Shown in pieces: positions 25,265 through 38,407 of a stretch of 64,000 bases of DNA. The stretch covers positions 17,276,784 to 17,340,783 of the forward strand of contig CM121341.1 of the NCBI GenBank assembly GCA_051530055.1, read 5' to 3'. This stretch comes from Neoechinorhynchus agilis (Eukaryota; Animalia; Acanthocephala). Numbering within the stretch: position 1 is the stretch's first letter; the number at the start of each line of letters is the position of its first letter. The translations under genes were made by a program, and so were the position numbers. The notes beneath the pieces were generated by a model that was not told the DNA's origin, ran no database searches, and worked only from the letters and a program-made list of their open reading frames with translations.

Positions 25265-28200
25265 TTATTTGCAAAAGAGTTCGGTGAAGCGATTTGGCAA
25301 TTCCATTCTATTAACAACTTCTTGTCCAGGTAGCCACTCAAATCGATTCATGTCAAGATCAACACTGCCTATTTGATCCGAAACATCCACATACCAGAAC
25401 TCTTGCTCCAACCAAGCATTTCTCGTCGCTGGGCATTGCCTGCTATTAACAAACATTCCGTAAAGGAGGGTTGGCCTTGAAGCAAAAAACTTGTCTTCCA
25501 CGACAGATGAAGTCGGATCGTCCGTAGTTGACTTTGGAGCTACCACTTGACGGAAGAGGCCAAGTAGCAGTTGAATGCGTTTCGCGTATCCGTCATATAC
25601 ATTCAACCGAGGTACCAAATTCTCAGGAGAAGCAGCATGCCGATGACAAACCACGTACGTTTCCGAAGAACTAAAATTGGATAGCATAAGGAGAACCACT
25701 TCATGGTTTGGGCCGTAAAGAGCGAACACGCCGCGGCCTTCTTGTTCAGGATTCGCAAATGGACAGATTGGCATATTCCTTTCTACGTCGTAGGTAAGTC
25801 GATTACTCGCGTTAGATCTGAAAAAAAATTTAACCAAGCATTTAACATTTAGAAACCTATCAATATTTCAAGTAGCTTATTCGAGTTTCAGTTAAGCAAA
25901 ATGCTCGTAAAACTCAGAATAAAAATTTAGAAAAAGAAACTTCAAAGTGTTTAAATTTGAAGCTAATTCATCCAACAGGATCATGCTATTCCATTAAAAA
26001 TTTAATACATATATTCTGATAACGATTAACAGTTATTGAAATATGCATTGAGCTTTCTGTGCACAACCCCTCAAATTTTAAACTGTTGCGAGGAATGAAA
26101 CACATAAGCTTAAGTTCGGTGAAAATTCTCAAGTTCGCTTAATACCTCTTAAACAATAACCTGAAAACTAAACTGAACACAAATAGAGCGACCGAAAAAT
26201 AAAAATTCTGATGATGAACCCGACGAGGTTCGAACGGTCTTTAATAAGCAAATTCTTTACCGGGTAAAGACCTAAATAACACTTTTACAAGTCAATTTAT
26301 GATATAGTCAATTTTAAAACACTATCTTTCATTTGGATTCTAATACATTTGATTGATGTTCAATATGTCTGTTAATGACTTGTAGTTAGAGAATTCACAT
26401 GTTTTCTCTCTCTGTATATAAAAGTTTAATTAAAGAAAGCGATGAATTTGTGTTGGTGTTTTAAGCAATTAAAATGTGTTTAAATCAGCTTGATCAAATT
26501 GTCGACTTCATGTCTTACAACGCTCCATTGACTCTCGTAAACAAATTCACTCTTCAAAAATCGATTCTACGATATGATTTCTTTTAAAAATTATCATATG
26601 AAAAAATCAAAAATTTAACTTGTTGTGTGGCCTGAATTTATAAAAATAGAATTTTTTTATTACTGCTTGGAACTTTTAATTTTTTTATATTAGCAAAAAC
26701 GACGTTTTAGTTAGGAGATCCTATAGAAAGAACAAAAACATAATGTTTAGGTTTAATTTTGAACGTTAAAATTTTTTACAACTATTCGAAATGAAATTTT
26801 TCCGAATAGATGAAAATCTGGTAAAATGCCGAAGCTTCTCCAATTGAAGGCAATCGACTCACATAAGTGACGCGAACTCCAGGGTTTCTATAGACCCACG
26901 ATCTTCGGTCGATAAGCAATGGGCCGCAACATGACGTTTGGATATGATCCATCCCATTCCAATTCACCTCCCTTTTGAGCCTGACGGGGTCGTAATATCG
27001 ATGACCGTATACTTTGGTTTGAGCCGAAATGGACATTGGCGAGAGCTTCGGAATAGCACCTACAATACGTTCTGTTCTGACAAGACGCGGCGCTGTGGAC
27101 GAATTCAAATGATTCTGGATAGTTGTGATGGATTGCTGGAGAGCACTGACTTTATCACAAAGCCGTTTAATTTGTTTGTCTTGTGAGACCAAAAGGGCAT
27201 CAGTCGTTGAATACTTACTCGCTTCTCCGACTTTATCTTTACCGCTTTCAACCTTACTAGCGTACTCCTGAGCCAAAAGTCTCCAATACACTGTTTCATA
27301 CTCAGTGTGGTTGTGTTCAACGATTGTCTCAGTTCCATCTTCGTGCTTTCGTTCAGAGTAGCGATAATTTTCATTCTCGATAGAGTCAATTAGTGAAGGA
27401 AGTCGAGAAATGAACCGAGAATTGCCAAATTTTGTCTTCAGTCTTTTAATCAACTCTCTAAATCTACAAACGTTCACACACATAAACGCATTCCTAGCAT
27501 GAACGTCTGTGGGTGTCTAAAGCATGACCTAAGAATCCTGAATATATGGAAAAATACGTTTAAAGGAGGAGGTAGAGGAGATGCGTTTTTGATTGATGTG
27601 ACATTTTCATATCGCTTGAACATCCACACTAGTGATGAATACTCGGAAATGCTAGCGTAGGAGTTATTAAACATTGCGTATAGAATAGTCAGTAGAAAAA
27701 GTTTCACAAGTATAAAGTATTGAACAAGCAACATCCACCCAAATGAACTTTCATGTGCACAATTATAACTAATGTTCGATGCTGATGTTCCCCACCTGTC
27801 TGAGTAAATTGTACTGGAAACTGACCTAATTTGATGGTAACAGTAACCTCGAGACACCGGGCCATGAGGGACATAAGACGCACATTCACCAGTGCCAGCC
27901 GCTTCAATGTCACCTTTCTCCGTTAAGAATAATGCGAAAAACGCTCGAAGGAACGCTCGTTCAAACAGTTTTTTGTTGTAAGGCCAAAAGGGATAAATAA
28001 TCGCGTTTATGGTAACGGCTCCAGCGAACATTACGACTAATGCTAATTTTACAAAATCAGCAAAATCATGGGTCATCGTGTACTTTATCCATACAATTTG
28101 AGGACCTAAAGTACGACTTACAGCCATGTAGGTCAGTGAAGGTTTGTTTTTATAAGCAATTAAAATTGGAGAATTTTTAGAAGAACAGGGAATTCACTAC

Positions 28201-31200
28201 AAAAATTGAAGCTTAAACCGTGCGAACTTCTTTACAGACAGCAGACAGAACTACGAGCTCGAAATCGTGTCAATGGTTCGAAGAAGTGCTTCGAGCATCT
28301 CAAAGCAACGGCTGTGGAGCTAAATGGCACATTTTAAGTGCAAGTGTAACAATAAATGGCGATTGTCTTAACTGAGAAGGCTGGCATTTTTAAAGATCAA
28401 ACTCATTGAGTAAAAACTGAGATCAAATAGAAATGAATTCAATTTTATTTTGCCCAGAAAAACTCTCAAAAATTGAAATTAAAACGTTAAAAGGATAGCA
28501 AATAAGGTGTTGAGGTACATTATTTACATCTGACAAAAATTTATCAAGATTTATTTCAGAAATAGAAAAGAACTCATATTTGTGAGGTTTGAAGAAAAAT
28601 TGCCTGTAGTCCCGAAATAAAAGATAAATTATATAATTTTGCAAACGACGTATCATAATTTTTCTCAAAAGTTTGATCTTAAAAATTAAAGCGATGGACT
28701 AAATTACAATAGTAAAAGCCGTCATCATCAAATGATCGTATATTAAAACATAAAAAGTGCAATTGGCGAAAAACTTTATTCCCCAAACAATGCTCCACTG
28801 ATTTAAACAAACGGAATCCTGTAAGTGAAATAGATGACGCCTAGACAGAGCACTATCCTTCCTCTTCCAAAATGTAAATCGTCTTCATCACCTACAGTCC
28901 AGGGACCAAGTCGAAGCAGAAGGAAAAAAACCAAAAACAAGACTTGAATTGAGCAGTCTACTACACTCCATCCAATTGGAAAATGAACAGATTGAAGATA
29001 ATTTTTGTACGTAGTTAGCACGAGTTCGGTCGTGATTGTCAAACACCAATACCAAGCGATAGTGTCGAGTATATAATTACCACAAGCAGGCATCACAACA
29101 CAAAACGCGAGAAGGATCAAGAATAGAATATAATTAAAGTATTGGAGATGAAATTTAACCATCGGAGAATGGAACATTCGATCGATTGAATATCTCAAAG
29201 CAAAAACGTTAGTAGGCCCTTCAGTGTCTGGAATATCAACAACGTAATATGGTAATTGAGAGTCTTGATCAATCTCGATTTTGGACCGAGAAGATACGCG
29301 ACTCATTCGATCACCACTTACCGTTCCACTTGGTTTAGATGAACTCATCGATATGTCGTCCAAAAGAACTTCATTATCGTTAAATGAAATCCACCATCGA
29401 CTTGGAATTACTAGATAAGCGCATAGTATAGCTTTAAGCCATTCGGGCAGTTTCAAAATTCCAAATTTAATCTTTCTAAATTGAAGACCTCCGTAGTACT
29501 CACTCGTAATGTATCGTTGACAGTAAGGATGGGCCATAAAGTCCATTAGTCCAGCTTTAAATGCAAGCTGAAGCGATGTAACATGTCCGAATTCTGGATT
29601 CACTTGCTCTAGAAGGTGTTTTCCGGACGGGGTGGATTCTACGTTTTCATAACATAGGTCCAAAATACCAGTTGCAACATCAGCCATTTCTTTGGCCTGA
29701 TCTTTTAATTCATTTCTACGATGCCAAACGGTACAATAATGTCTAAGTCTTTTATAGAGTAGTGAGCAGAACATCGCTAGCGGGATAGGATAACTCGATC
29801 GCTTTAAAAGTATCTTTGCAAGTTCATGTCTGTTCAAAAGAACACTGAGAAGAGTCAGCGAAGTAAAAGCTTGTTTTTCCGAAGCCAATATCCGAATACT
29901 CGTAATATCATCAATTTTGCTAAAATATTCCACTGGTTGAAAGGTATCTTCAAAAGCAGTCAATTTTCCTATGATGTTATTTATGAGCTCTCGAATATCG
30001 TCCGTCGGTCGTATCTGTCGACTTGATGCATCTTTCCGTCCTAGAATCCCCGCCATACATACTTCGTCGAAAAAATCGGGAGCGCTAAGGACAACCAAAC
30101 GACGAATTCGTCGCTGAGTAAAATATTTCTGAATTTGGAAATTCCGATCAAGAAAAAGATCAACGAATTGTTCTCTATCACGTCTTACAAACGCTTGTTC
30201 AAATATACTTGTCGGTAGATTGTATTTGGGCATATCGTCTCGTTCAAAAATCTCAGATTTGGCGAGTGCCGGCTCATTCCAGTCCAGTAGTAATTGTAAA
30301 CGTCGACACATTTCGTTTAACTTAATTTTAGAGAGATGCCCGTGATCAGAGTGATGATCATCTCGTCGATGATATTTTAAAAGAACTTGCAATAGTTCTC
30401 TATGAAGCAATCGCACATTTGTCTCCCACTCGCGTGCATCTATAATAGAAATTCTTTGATTGTTCGATTCTGCGTGCATCTTAGCAATCGATATGATTGT
30501 ATTTACATCTCTATCTACAGGCGGACTGAATCCATATTGAAGAACGCGATTGATCAATTCCGACTTTAGGGATTTGTTGGCTGATAAATGGTCACCTGAC
30601 CGTATGCTATCGGATGCGTAGGCGATTGTATCTGCGAGAAATCCACTTCCCTTGCAAATGAGAATTGGGACTTCAATCAAATATCGCTCATTTAAGGCCT
30701 TGACAGTCATTTGTCCTCCTCCAAGTAACAGACAAACTATTGGGATTTTGTCCTTTTCAGGAGCGGCAATGGTCATTAATTCCTCATCGGTTGTCTCATT
30801 ACTCATGCTAACTTGATCTGCCTGACCAGCAGGAGTTACATTTTCGTGGTGTCTTTTATAATCAGTCAATTTATACTCAATCCTACTTCGAAGACTTAAG
30901 TCATGGGGAGCATGCATGTCTGAATCGTCAATCAGAATATAGTGAGTGTGGTTTGGGTCGAGGTCTCTTGCGAACATATTACCCCTATCACTCACGACCG
31001 CAGCATCTACAGACGATTCTACTCGGTATTCCACATGACCGCCAGAAAAAGTAGAAGATTTCCGAATGATGGAAATTGGAGATATACCAATCAGAACTAG
31101 TGGAAGGTTAGGTTCGCGTTTACTTCGATGTCGTGCTGACCTCGCGGTCCTAAGTTCCATTTCTTCTTTATAAACATTACCTATTATTTTGGAAGCACCA

Positions 31201-31529
31201 TAATGAAGACCATGAGTGACCAACCACATATCAGTGGTCATCGATGCGTTCTTTATTGCTCGTCGAAACGCTACAACAATACGTTTACTGTGCCACTCAA
31301 TGTCTGTATCCCTCCCTGATATCAAGGAAATTATGACCATAGGTTGAGGCAGTTTCCATATCTCAGTTATAAATTTAAACACTTCTTCTTCACTCACGTT
31401 CCATGGGACCCGGACGTATTTCCTATTTAGAAGACAATCGCAGGCAAATCCTTCGTAGGCGAACGATACGCTGCCGTATTGAAACTTGCGGTCCTCCCAA
31501 TCCTGAAGGCTATATTGATTTTGTCTCAT
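25265..31529 (-). CDS. TRPM2: TRPM2-like channel with C-terminal NUDT9-homology domain, about 4 coding exons
   Basis: 2.7-kb exon with MHR/SLOG motifs (WLVTHGLHYG, LDPNHTHYILID, GKGSG-like CKGSGFLAD) and S1-S4; then LGPQIV, pore, TRP box WMFKRY; a 41-nt intron near 27460-27500; a coiled coil; last exon GRGVFALYGPNH...TRNAWLE (NUDT9-H). Confidence 0.88.
26203..26280 (+). ncRNA. Solo PLE family-A hammerhead-like motif in a TRPM2 intron (antisense to the gene)
   Basis: CTGATGA(26208)-T-GAACC-cgacga-GGTTC-GAAcgGTC-tttaat...ccgggtaaagacctaaataac; perfect 5-bp stem II, altered stem III. Confidence 0.6.
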
Positions 31530-34379
31530 TATCTAAAAGAGTAAGAAATAATTAGGTTAGAACAAGAGGTTAAAATAGCAACTGAGTTATGGTGTAGTCG
31601 TCTTAAGGAGCAATGAGTAAAGATTTGTGAAAAAAATGTAGTCTAAAGCGTTTTTACGCATAAGCCCCTGGACGCTACAAGAATCGTACAACCCATCAGA
31701 TTTGAATTGAATGGTGTTCATAAATATAGTTGGAATAGAATTTTAGAAAACGGAAAGTTCCCTAAGAATGTAACGAGTCTCATTGCGGCTAGAAATCACA
31801 ACCACTCTTTGCTATCTCCCTGATACATTGCAAGGGCTAAAACAACGTTTCGAATCGTCAATTCAACGCATTGGCGGGATGACCAGCACTCATCTGTAAC
31901 TGCATGCGCGGCGCTTGGGTTCGGAATCGGGTTTAATTCGGAAAAGGTCAACCAATCCCAAGAAGTTCAATGAAGGCACTTTCTAAACGCCCGAAAAAAT
32001 TCAACGCAGAAAATACAATGTGTGTGTAAGAAGTACAAAAGGTTATCGAATACAATGTAAAAAGTGATAAATACTCAAAACCGAATAAAAAGAAAATCAT
32101 GAGAACAAAATTTTCAACCTAGGATAAATGATTTGGGCCACTAGAATCCAAGAAAACGTTACGCGTGTGCTGTTTCTTTGCTAATATAATCTAAGAACCT
32201 AATCCATTTGGCAAAGAATTCTTTTGCTCATGAGTTGGATTTATAATCTAACATTATTATATATCCTGTGTCATCAGCAATTATCGTCGTAAAATTAGAG
32301 AAAACACAATTATAAAGATGCCAACATTTCTTGCCTTCGGCGTTGGATTCCAAGGGTAACTGAAATACTTCTACGAAGAAAGACAATTTTTGGAATGCGA
32401 AATGTCTATAGAATTTTGGATTATAACGAGACTGCAAGGTCACTCATACTCGAGTCGACACGCTAAATAAAACGTCGCGAACGCGAAAACAAAGCGTGGA
32501 AAATTCTCTATTTTTTCGAACACTCTCGTGGTCGCAAAAGAAACTGAATAAAGCTTGTTTTTATGCTAAAAATATTTCAGTGATCTAGCAATCATAAATC
32601 ACATCAATATTAGCTTGGAAGCGTTGTACATGAAAATAATCGATTGAGTAGCTCACGGTCTTTATCTGAAGTCTTGGCGTTGTTTCAGCAATGACTTTGG
32701 CTTGATATAGTGCATCGCCAAATCAAATTAATCATTATGTTTTTGTCTGTTTCAAAGCATAATTTTAAATTGCGTAAAAATTGCAAAGAATTTCTTTTAC
32801 AACAACGCGAGGTATGAAAGCTGTTTTCGTTCAACAAAAGTGGAAAATGTACGTTTTTATTGCTAAAAATTTTAAAAAATATGCAAGCCAACACAATTTG
32901 ATTAGCTTTTTTGGAAGATGTTGGTTAAAGTCTAAATCATTGATTGAGCGATACTGAATTCTAAAACGACCTATATTTTTCCGAGGGAAGAAAAGTGGGA
33001 AATTGACAGTTTTATTGCGAAAAATTGGCGTCTAATAGGAACTTGAAAAAAACGCACGTCATCCTGTTATAATTTCAACGTTCATATTTAAATGCATTAA
33101 TTATACACCTTGAAATACGCAATACGCAGATTAGAATCATAATTCGATTTCCCGTAAATTGTTTTAAACTAGACATGTCAGGGCAATCTTTCAAATATTT
33201 GTTACTTTAAGAACTTTTTAACCCGATGATTTCTTAGGGCTTAGCACTTTCTTTTTATGTGAAAGACAAAAGAACGTTTTCTGCCCCAACTCACTGAAAC
33301 AATATCTTGCAGAATTCCATCAGAGTTGCGCTCGCCTAAAAATCACAATGCTAAAAGCTTTGCAGGAATGTAGATCATATTGCCGTAGCAAGAAACTTGA
33401 ACGTGCCCCAATCACTCATCGCAAAAAATAGCTTCAAAAATGCGATTTTGTGATGTAAAAAACGGCAAACCTGAAGGCAATAAAATGTGTTATCAATAAA
33501 ACGCGTTATTATTATGAGCCTTTCTAGTAAAAAGAATTCCGTACGTTATTAGGTTTTTGGAGACTAGTAACGTAAAACCTCATTGGGCTTCTTGATTCGC
33601 TTTTACGCTTTGTCTATAAACTCAGAAAATCATGAGAAATGCATATCCGAACATTTTAGAATCAACGGAATACAATTCGATCATTGGTACAAAGCATCGA
33701 AACCTTTCTTAGATAACGGTTAATCCCCGAAGAATAAAATGTTGCACGACTGTCTTAATGTCTATGGGGAACATTAGAGAAGAAAACTGTAAAATTCGCA
33801 ATAATGTAGCCACAACAATTTTTAATTTGAGAGATAAAAAGAGAAGTTGTTACGCTTTGAAATCATTCCCACATTATAAATTCAATCTTTTTATTGTTAC
33901 ATTAAACTATATCGATTGATATGTATATGATTGCAAATGGTTGATGAAGTTCATCTAAGATGGCGACAGATAGTATATTAGGAATTATTTAAAAAAATTA
34001 CCAGCTTGTTGATTTTGGAAAATTAAACAGTAAAATACGTTCACTTTAGGATTTCATTCGCAGTTGAAAGACAATGTCTTATAAAAGATAAAATTAAGTT
34101 CAATTGACTACTGGGTGTTATAATTAAGCCAAATAAGTTGTATAGTTTGACATATTTACGAGGAAAAACAAAATCTCTAGATTTCCACAAGAATGCGACT
34201 AAAGGAAGATGCTTGACGTGTAATCAAAAAGTCATGGTTGTCAAATCTTTCCCAATGGAGACTTCGTTAAAGTAAATAACGTAGTCTATGATTTTCTTGG
34301 TTTGACTCAAAGAATTTACTTGGACGACAGTAAAAAGTAAAAGATAAAATGTAGGTTCCTGGAGGACTCAAATTAAATA

Positions 34380-34730
34380 TTTAAACAACACACCCTTGAG
34401 TCCATTTACCATTAAGGAATTAGCGAGCGGCAAAAAAGAGAATCCTGGATTCTTTAGCATTGAGTTCCAGTATTCACTAAATACGTGACACAAAGAAAGT
34501 CCCCGATGACTCATAACCATAGGGAACGAAATATCGTCGAAGGAAGGAAACTCATTGATGAGTTCCGTCTCCTCGATTGGTATCTGAGGATCCTGAAGGA
34601 TGCGTACAAACTCATTACAGGAAAGGTTAAGGATCTGAGTGATTCAATCACTTCTCTGATGTAAGATATTCGTCGGCGGTGTGTCCAATGAAAATGATCA
34701 GCCATGTGACGGATGTTCATAACACTTAAA
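34380..34730 (-). CDS. Possible exons of an unidentified gene
   Basis: Locally higher GC; acceptor ttttaag, then MNIRHMADHFHW...LTFP, then a second frame DPQIPIEETELINEFPSF...NSLM ending at a GT. No domain recognised. Confidence 0.3.
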
Positions 34731-37700
34731 AAAAGTAGTTTTAGAGAAAGATTAACTTGAGGAATAATCATACGACTCTTGCAATATTAAAATGTACCTT
34801 ATTGTCTCGATTTTCACGAAATCTTACGAAATCTGTCACTATTTCACGTTCTTTTAACCATTATTCTACAGTGTTGATTGAAAGTAAAAGTATACATTTT
34901 TCACAATGTTTTCACATATTAAAGTTAAAGATGTGAAACAATTTCTCCCTTAGAAGCAGAACAAAATTCAAAATATCGATCGCGGACATTTAAAGTGGCC
35001 ACGTAAATTAGGTAATGATATGATCCTTTAAAGCAAGTAAAATACAAGCAAATTTTTGGGAACTGCGTTGATAAAATGATTGAGTTTTCGAAAATTGGCA
35101 AATACCACTCAGAAGTCACTTTGTCAAAAGAAAAGTTTATTTAAAAACTACCAAAAGAAAGTATTATTTCCTCCGAAGATAATAATCCAGGAAAAAGTTA
35201 TTTTTTTACACGACAGTGTTATAAAATTGAAGAAACTGAAATTTTAGTGTTTTGCTCTTTAAAAATAATGTCCAGAATAGAAAAAAATTCAAATTTTAAA
35301 TGAGCAACAAATGGATTCGATCCCTCGACATTCTTGTTCACAAATTTTTACGTTTGAACACACAGAAAACCTACTCAAAACACTGTTTAAATATAAATTA
35401 AAAATTTGCTTCTAATTATTTGAATTCGAACGAATTAGATATTTGTTAATTCATGAGGTTGCGCGAAAGAAAAAGTATTTAAGTGTTTATGCGATGAGCG
35501 AAATAGCGATTGAACGACCTCTCAGGTTAGTTATGGTCGTGTGCGACTTTGCGATCTTTTGAATATTTAACAAAGTGATTTTAATTAGCCTTTAATGTCA
35601 TTGTCACACTTTTTGTTTGATTTTTATAGTGCCTTTCAATTTACAGTAAGATATCAGTAGCGATTTTTGAACGAAATTTTTTTATTAGACTCAACTGTGA
35701 CTCATGGAACATCATCTTTGTCGTGAGTGATATCACGCCATTTGGTGGGCGCTGAATTCACTTCGCTAAGTGACTGCATTCTTTTTTATCTTATAGTCTT
35801 TTTCATGGTTCTCTAATTAAATCCTTTTGAATAATTTCTTAAATGCAATTTAAAAGAATCCAAGCTTCAAACAAAATTGCCCCTCATTTCAATTAATCTG
35901 ATCTTTAATCTTGTGAAGGTTGATCAAGTTTTTACATGGACGCTTGGGCGGGCTTGCCAGCAATTCAAATAAAGATTTTTCTTTTTTTTCATTACAACAG
36001 CCAAAGTATCCTAAAAATTTTAAGGCGATCTGTAAAACCCGGAATATTTTCTATTTGTTTTCAGGTAAGTCTGAGCTGATAAGAGAATAATTAGCGAGAT
36101 AGTCTTAATTCTACGGCAAACAATTGAATTTACATTTACCTTTTTTCCGTTTATAAAGTTACATTTGAAACCGAAGTGCTTTAGAATTAGCGAATTCGAA
36201 ACAGGATTCCCGGTCATAACATATTTGATTTATTTGAAAAATTTCGCGAGGAAGCCTCGTCTCATCAGTCATTGCATTGATTAACCCGAAGGATTTTCTA
36301 TCGATGATATTCGTTTTTATTTTTATGTACATACAACCGGAAAATTTCCTTAGCTGAATATCGTAAATCTGTAAGTAGAATAAGAGCATAAAGCTATATT
36401 CAATTTTCTTTAGATGTTAAAATTGACGAAATAGAGCTAGAGAAAGATAAGAGAATAGTTAACTCTATTGAAAAATCCTTTGACCATTGAGATCGTCACT
36501 TTTGTTACTTAAAATGCATTAAAATATTATTCAATATTGATATGCTCGCGTTTTATGCTCTCGAGACACAAATCTCATCCGGATCATTAAATTTCTCTCT
36601 TCGTCGATTGAATCGATATATGGCAATCATTTCTTAGTGTGTTTAGAACACATTATCCTACTGTTCTCCAGTGACCATAAATGTATATTTCTCCACAGGT
36701 TCGCTTCGACAATTGCGTTCGTATCTTTATAAATATGTGTGCTGTGCGCCACATCGACGATTGCTAGTTTGCCTTACATTGCGTTGTCTGATACATACTC
36801 TTTATCTTGCTCTCGGGGACGAATTTAAATTCCTGACGCCGCTAAATCAACAATATTGATAAAGTCATCTTACGAAGCGCTACTCATTAAAGAATGAAAT
36901 TACGAGGGCAACGTTATGTGCAGTGTTTCTTAAACTTCTTCGATGTATAGATCTTTAAAAAATGTTCAGGCTATAAGAATGGTCTTTAGCGTAAAAATCG
37001 AGCTATGAAGTTTTCTGTAATGATTGTAATTAGATAAAAAAATCCGTTAAATTTATTTCCTGAAAATTCTCTGTTGTGTTCAGTCTTCATATTTGAACAC
37101 ATTTAAATTGTCATCTGGTCTTATTCACAATATCTGTTTCCTAATGGATCAGAACCCATAAAGGCATGGAACCTAATGGAACTTTAATCAATAATGATGG
37201 AATTTCGCCTTTCATACACTTTAAGAAAGCAACATGAGAATCATTTGATGTCGTTTAGCGAATATTGAATCGGCCTTTTCATCAGGAAATACATTCCATT
37301 AATGTATCTTTTATGAAAAATACGATGTTGTTACTCCTTAAATTTTTAGTATGTACTTCCAACTTCATTGAGCGACAAGATGTGATAAACTTGGATTTAA
37401 AACTGCAGTAAGTACGCTGAACGCAATACTTCAACTTTTATGCAATTCCCTGTGTTGAAAAAATCAACATATCCTTCCCATCACAACAAGAAGTGTAACG
37501 TGAGATCACGAAATCATTTATAGGATACTATTTTTCACTGCAATTTTTGTGCATTCGTGAGATGATAGTTCTGAAAATTGATAACATTCACTAGTGCTGT
37601 GCAAATACGCGCTCTACGAAAATTCAAACCATTCTTATTAGGCAATATTGAACTTATTAATTTAACTTTAACCATGCCATTTTTATAGAGAATTATTTAC

Positions 37701-38407
37701 GACAATTAAAGTCGCAAAATTTAATCAATTGTTTCCTATGGCAACCTTCTGTCGAACCGCAATTTCGCAAAAATTGTATGTGTTCGTCTTTAATTCCTAA
37801 ACAAATATGACTACCAATACATTTCATCCAACAACATCGAAGAATGATGTTTAAGTACTTTGTCAAAAGTGAATTTAAAGCATCCTTGAGTTTGTTCATT
37901 GTCAATAAACTGTGAATACACTTTAGGCACAAAGATTGTAGACAATAATGTTACGCCCGCCGTTCAAAGTAAACATGCTAAACAGATCACACTTCGCTAT
38001 TTTGGGCGTTTTCAACTTTACGTTTGACGAATTTACCCTTGGATCCACAATTAATCGGAAGTCACCGTATACTATATTTGTTTGATTTAGTTCTCAGTAC
38101 TTCGGTTGGGAAATTTTGCCAGAAACTATTATACACCAAATCATGGCAAAGAGGGGCTACTTCTGTTGTTCAAAGATCGTTGAAAACACTTAAAGATTTA
38201 AAAATTTGATTTGAGTGTTGGCGTAAAATTTTGAAATCCATAGCCAACTTAGAAGTATATATTTCGATGTTCATGTGAGGTTCGATGAAGGAATCCGACG
38301 TACTTTTAGTACAAAAAATCCAGCGTTTATGAATAAAAAGATTTTGCAGAAATTGAGTACGTTCAGATCCACAGTTTTCTGTCTTATTTTGAATTTCAGA
38401 TTCTAAA

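Noticed and set aside
35320-35345. ggattcgatccc resembling a tRNA T-loop
   Set aside because: No cloverleaf or A-box around it.
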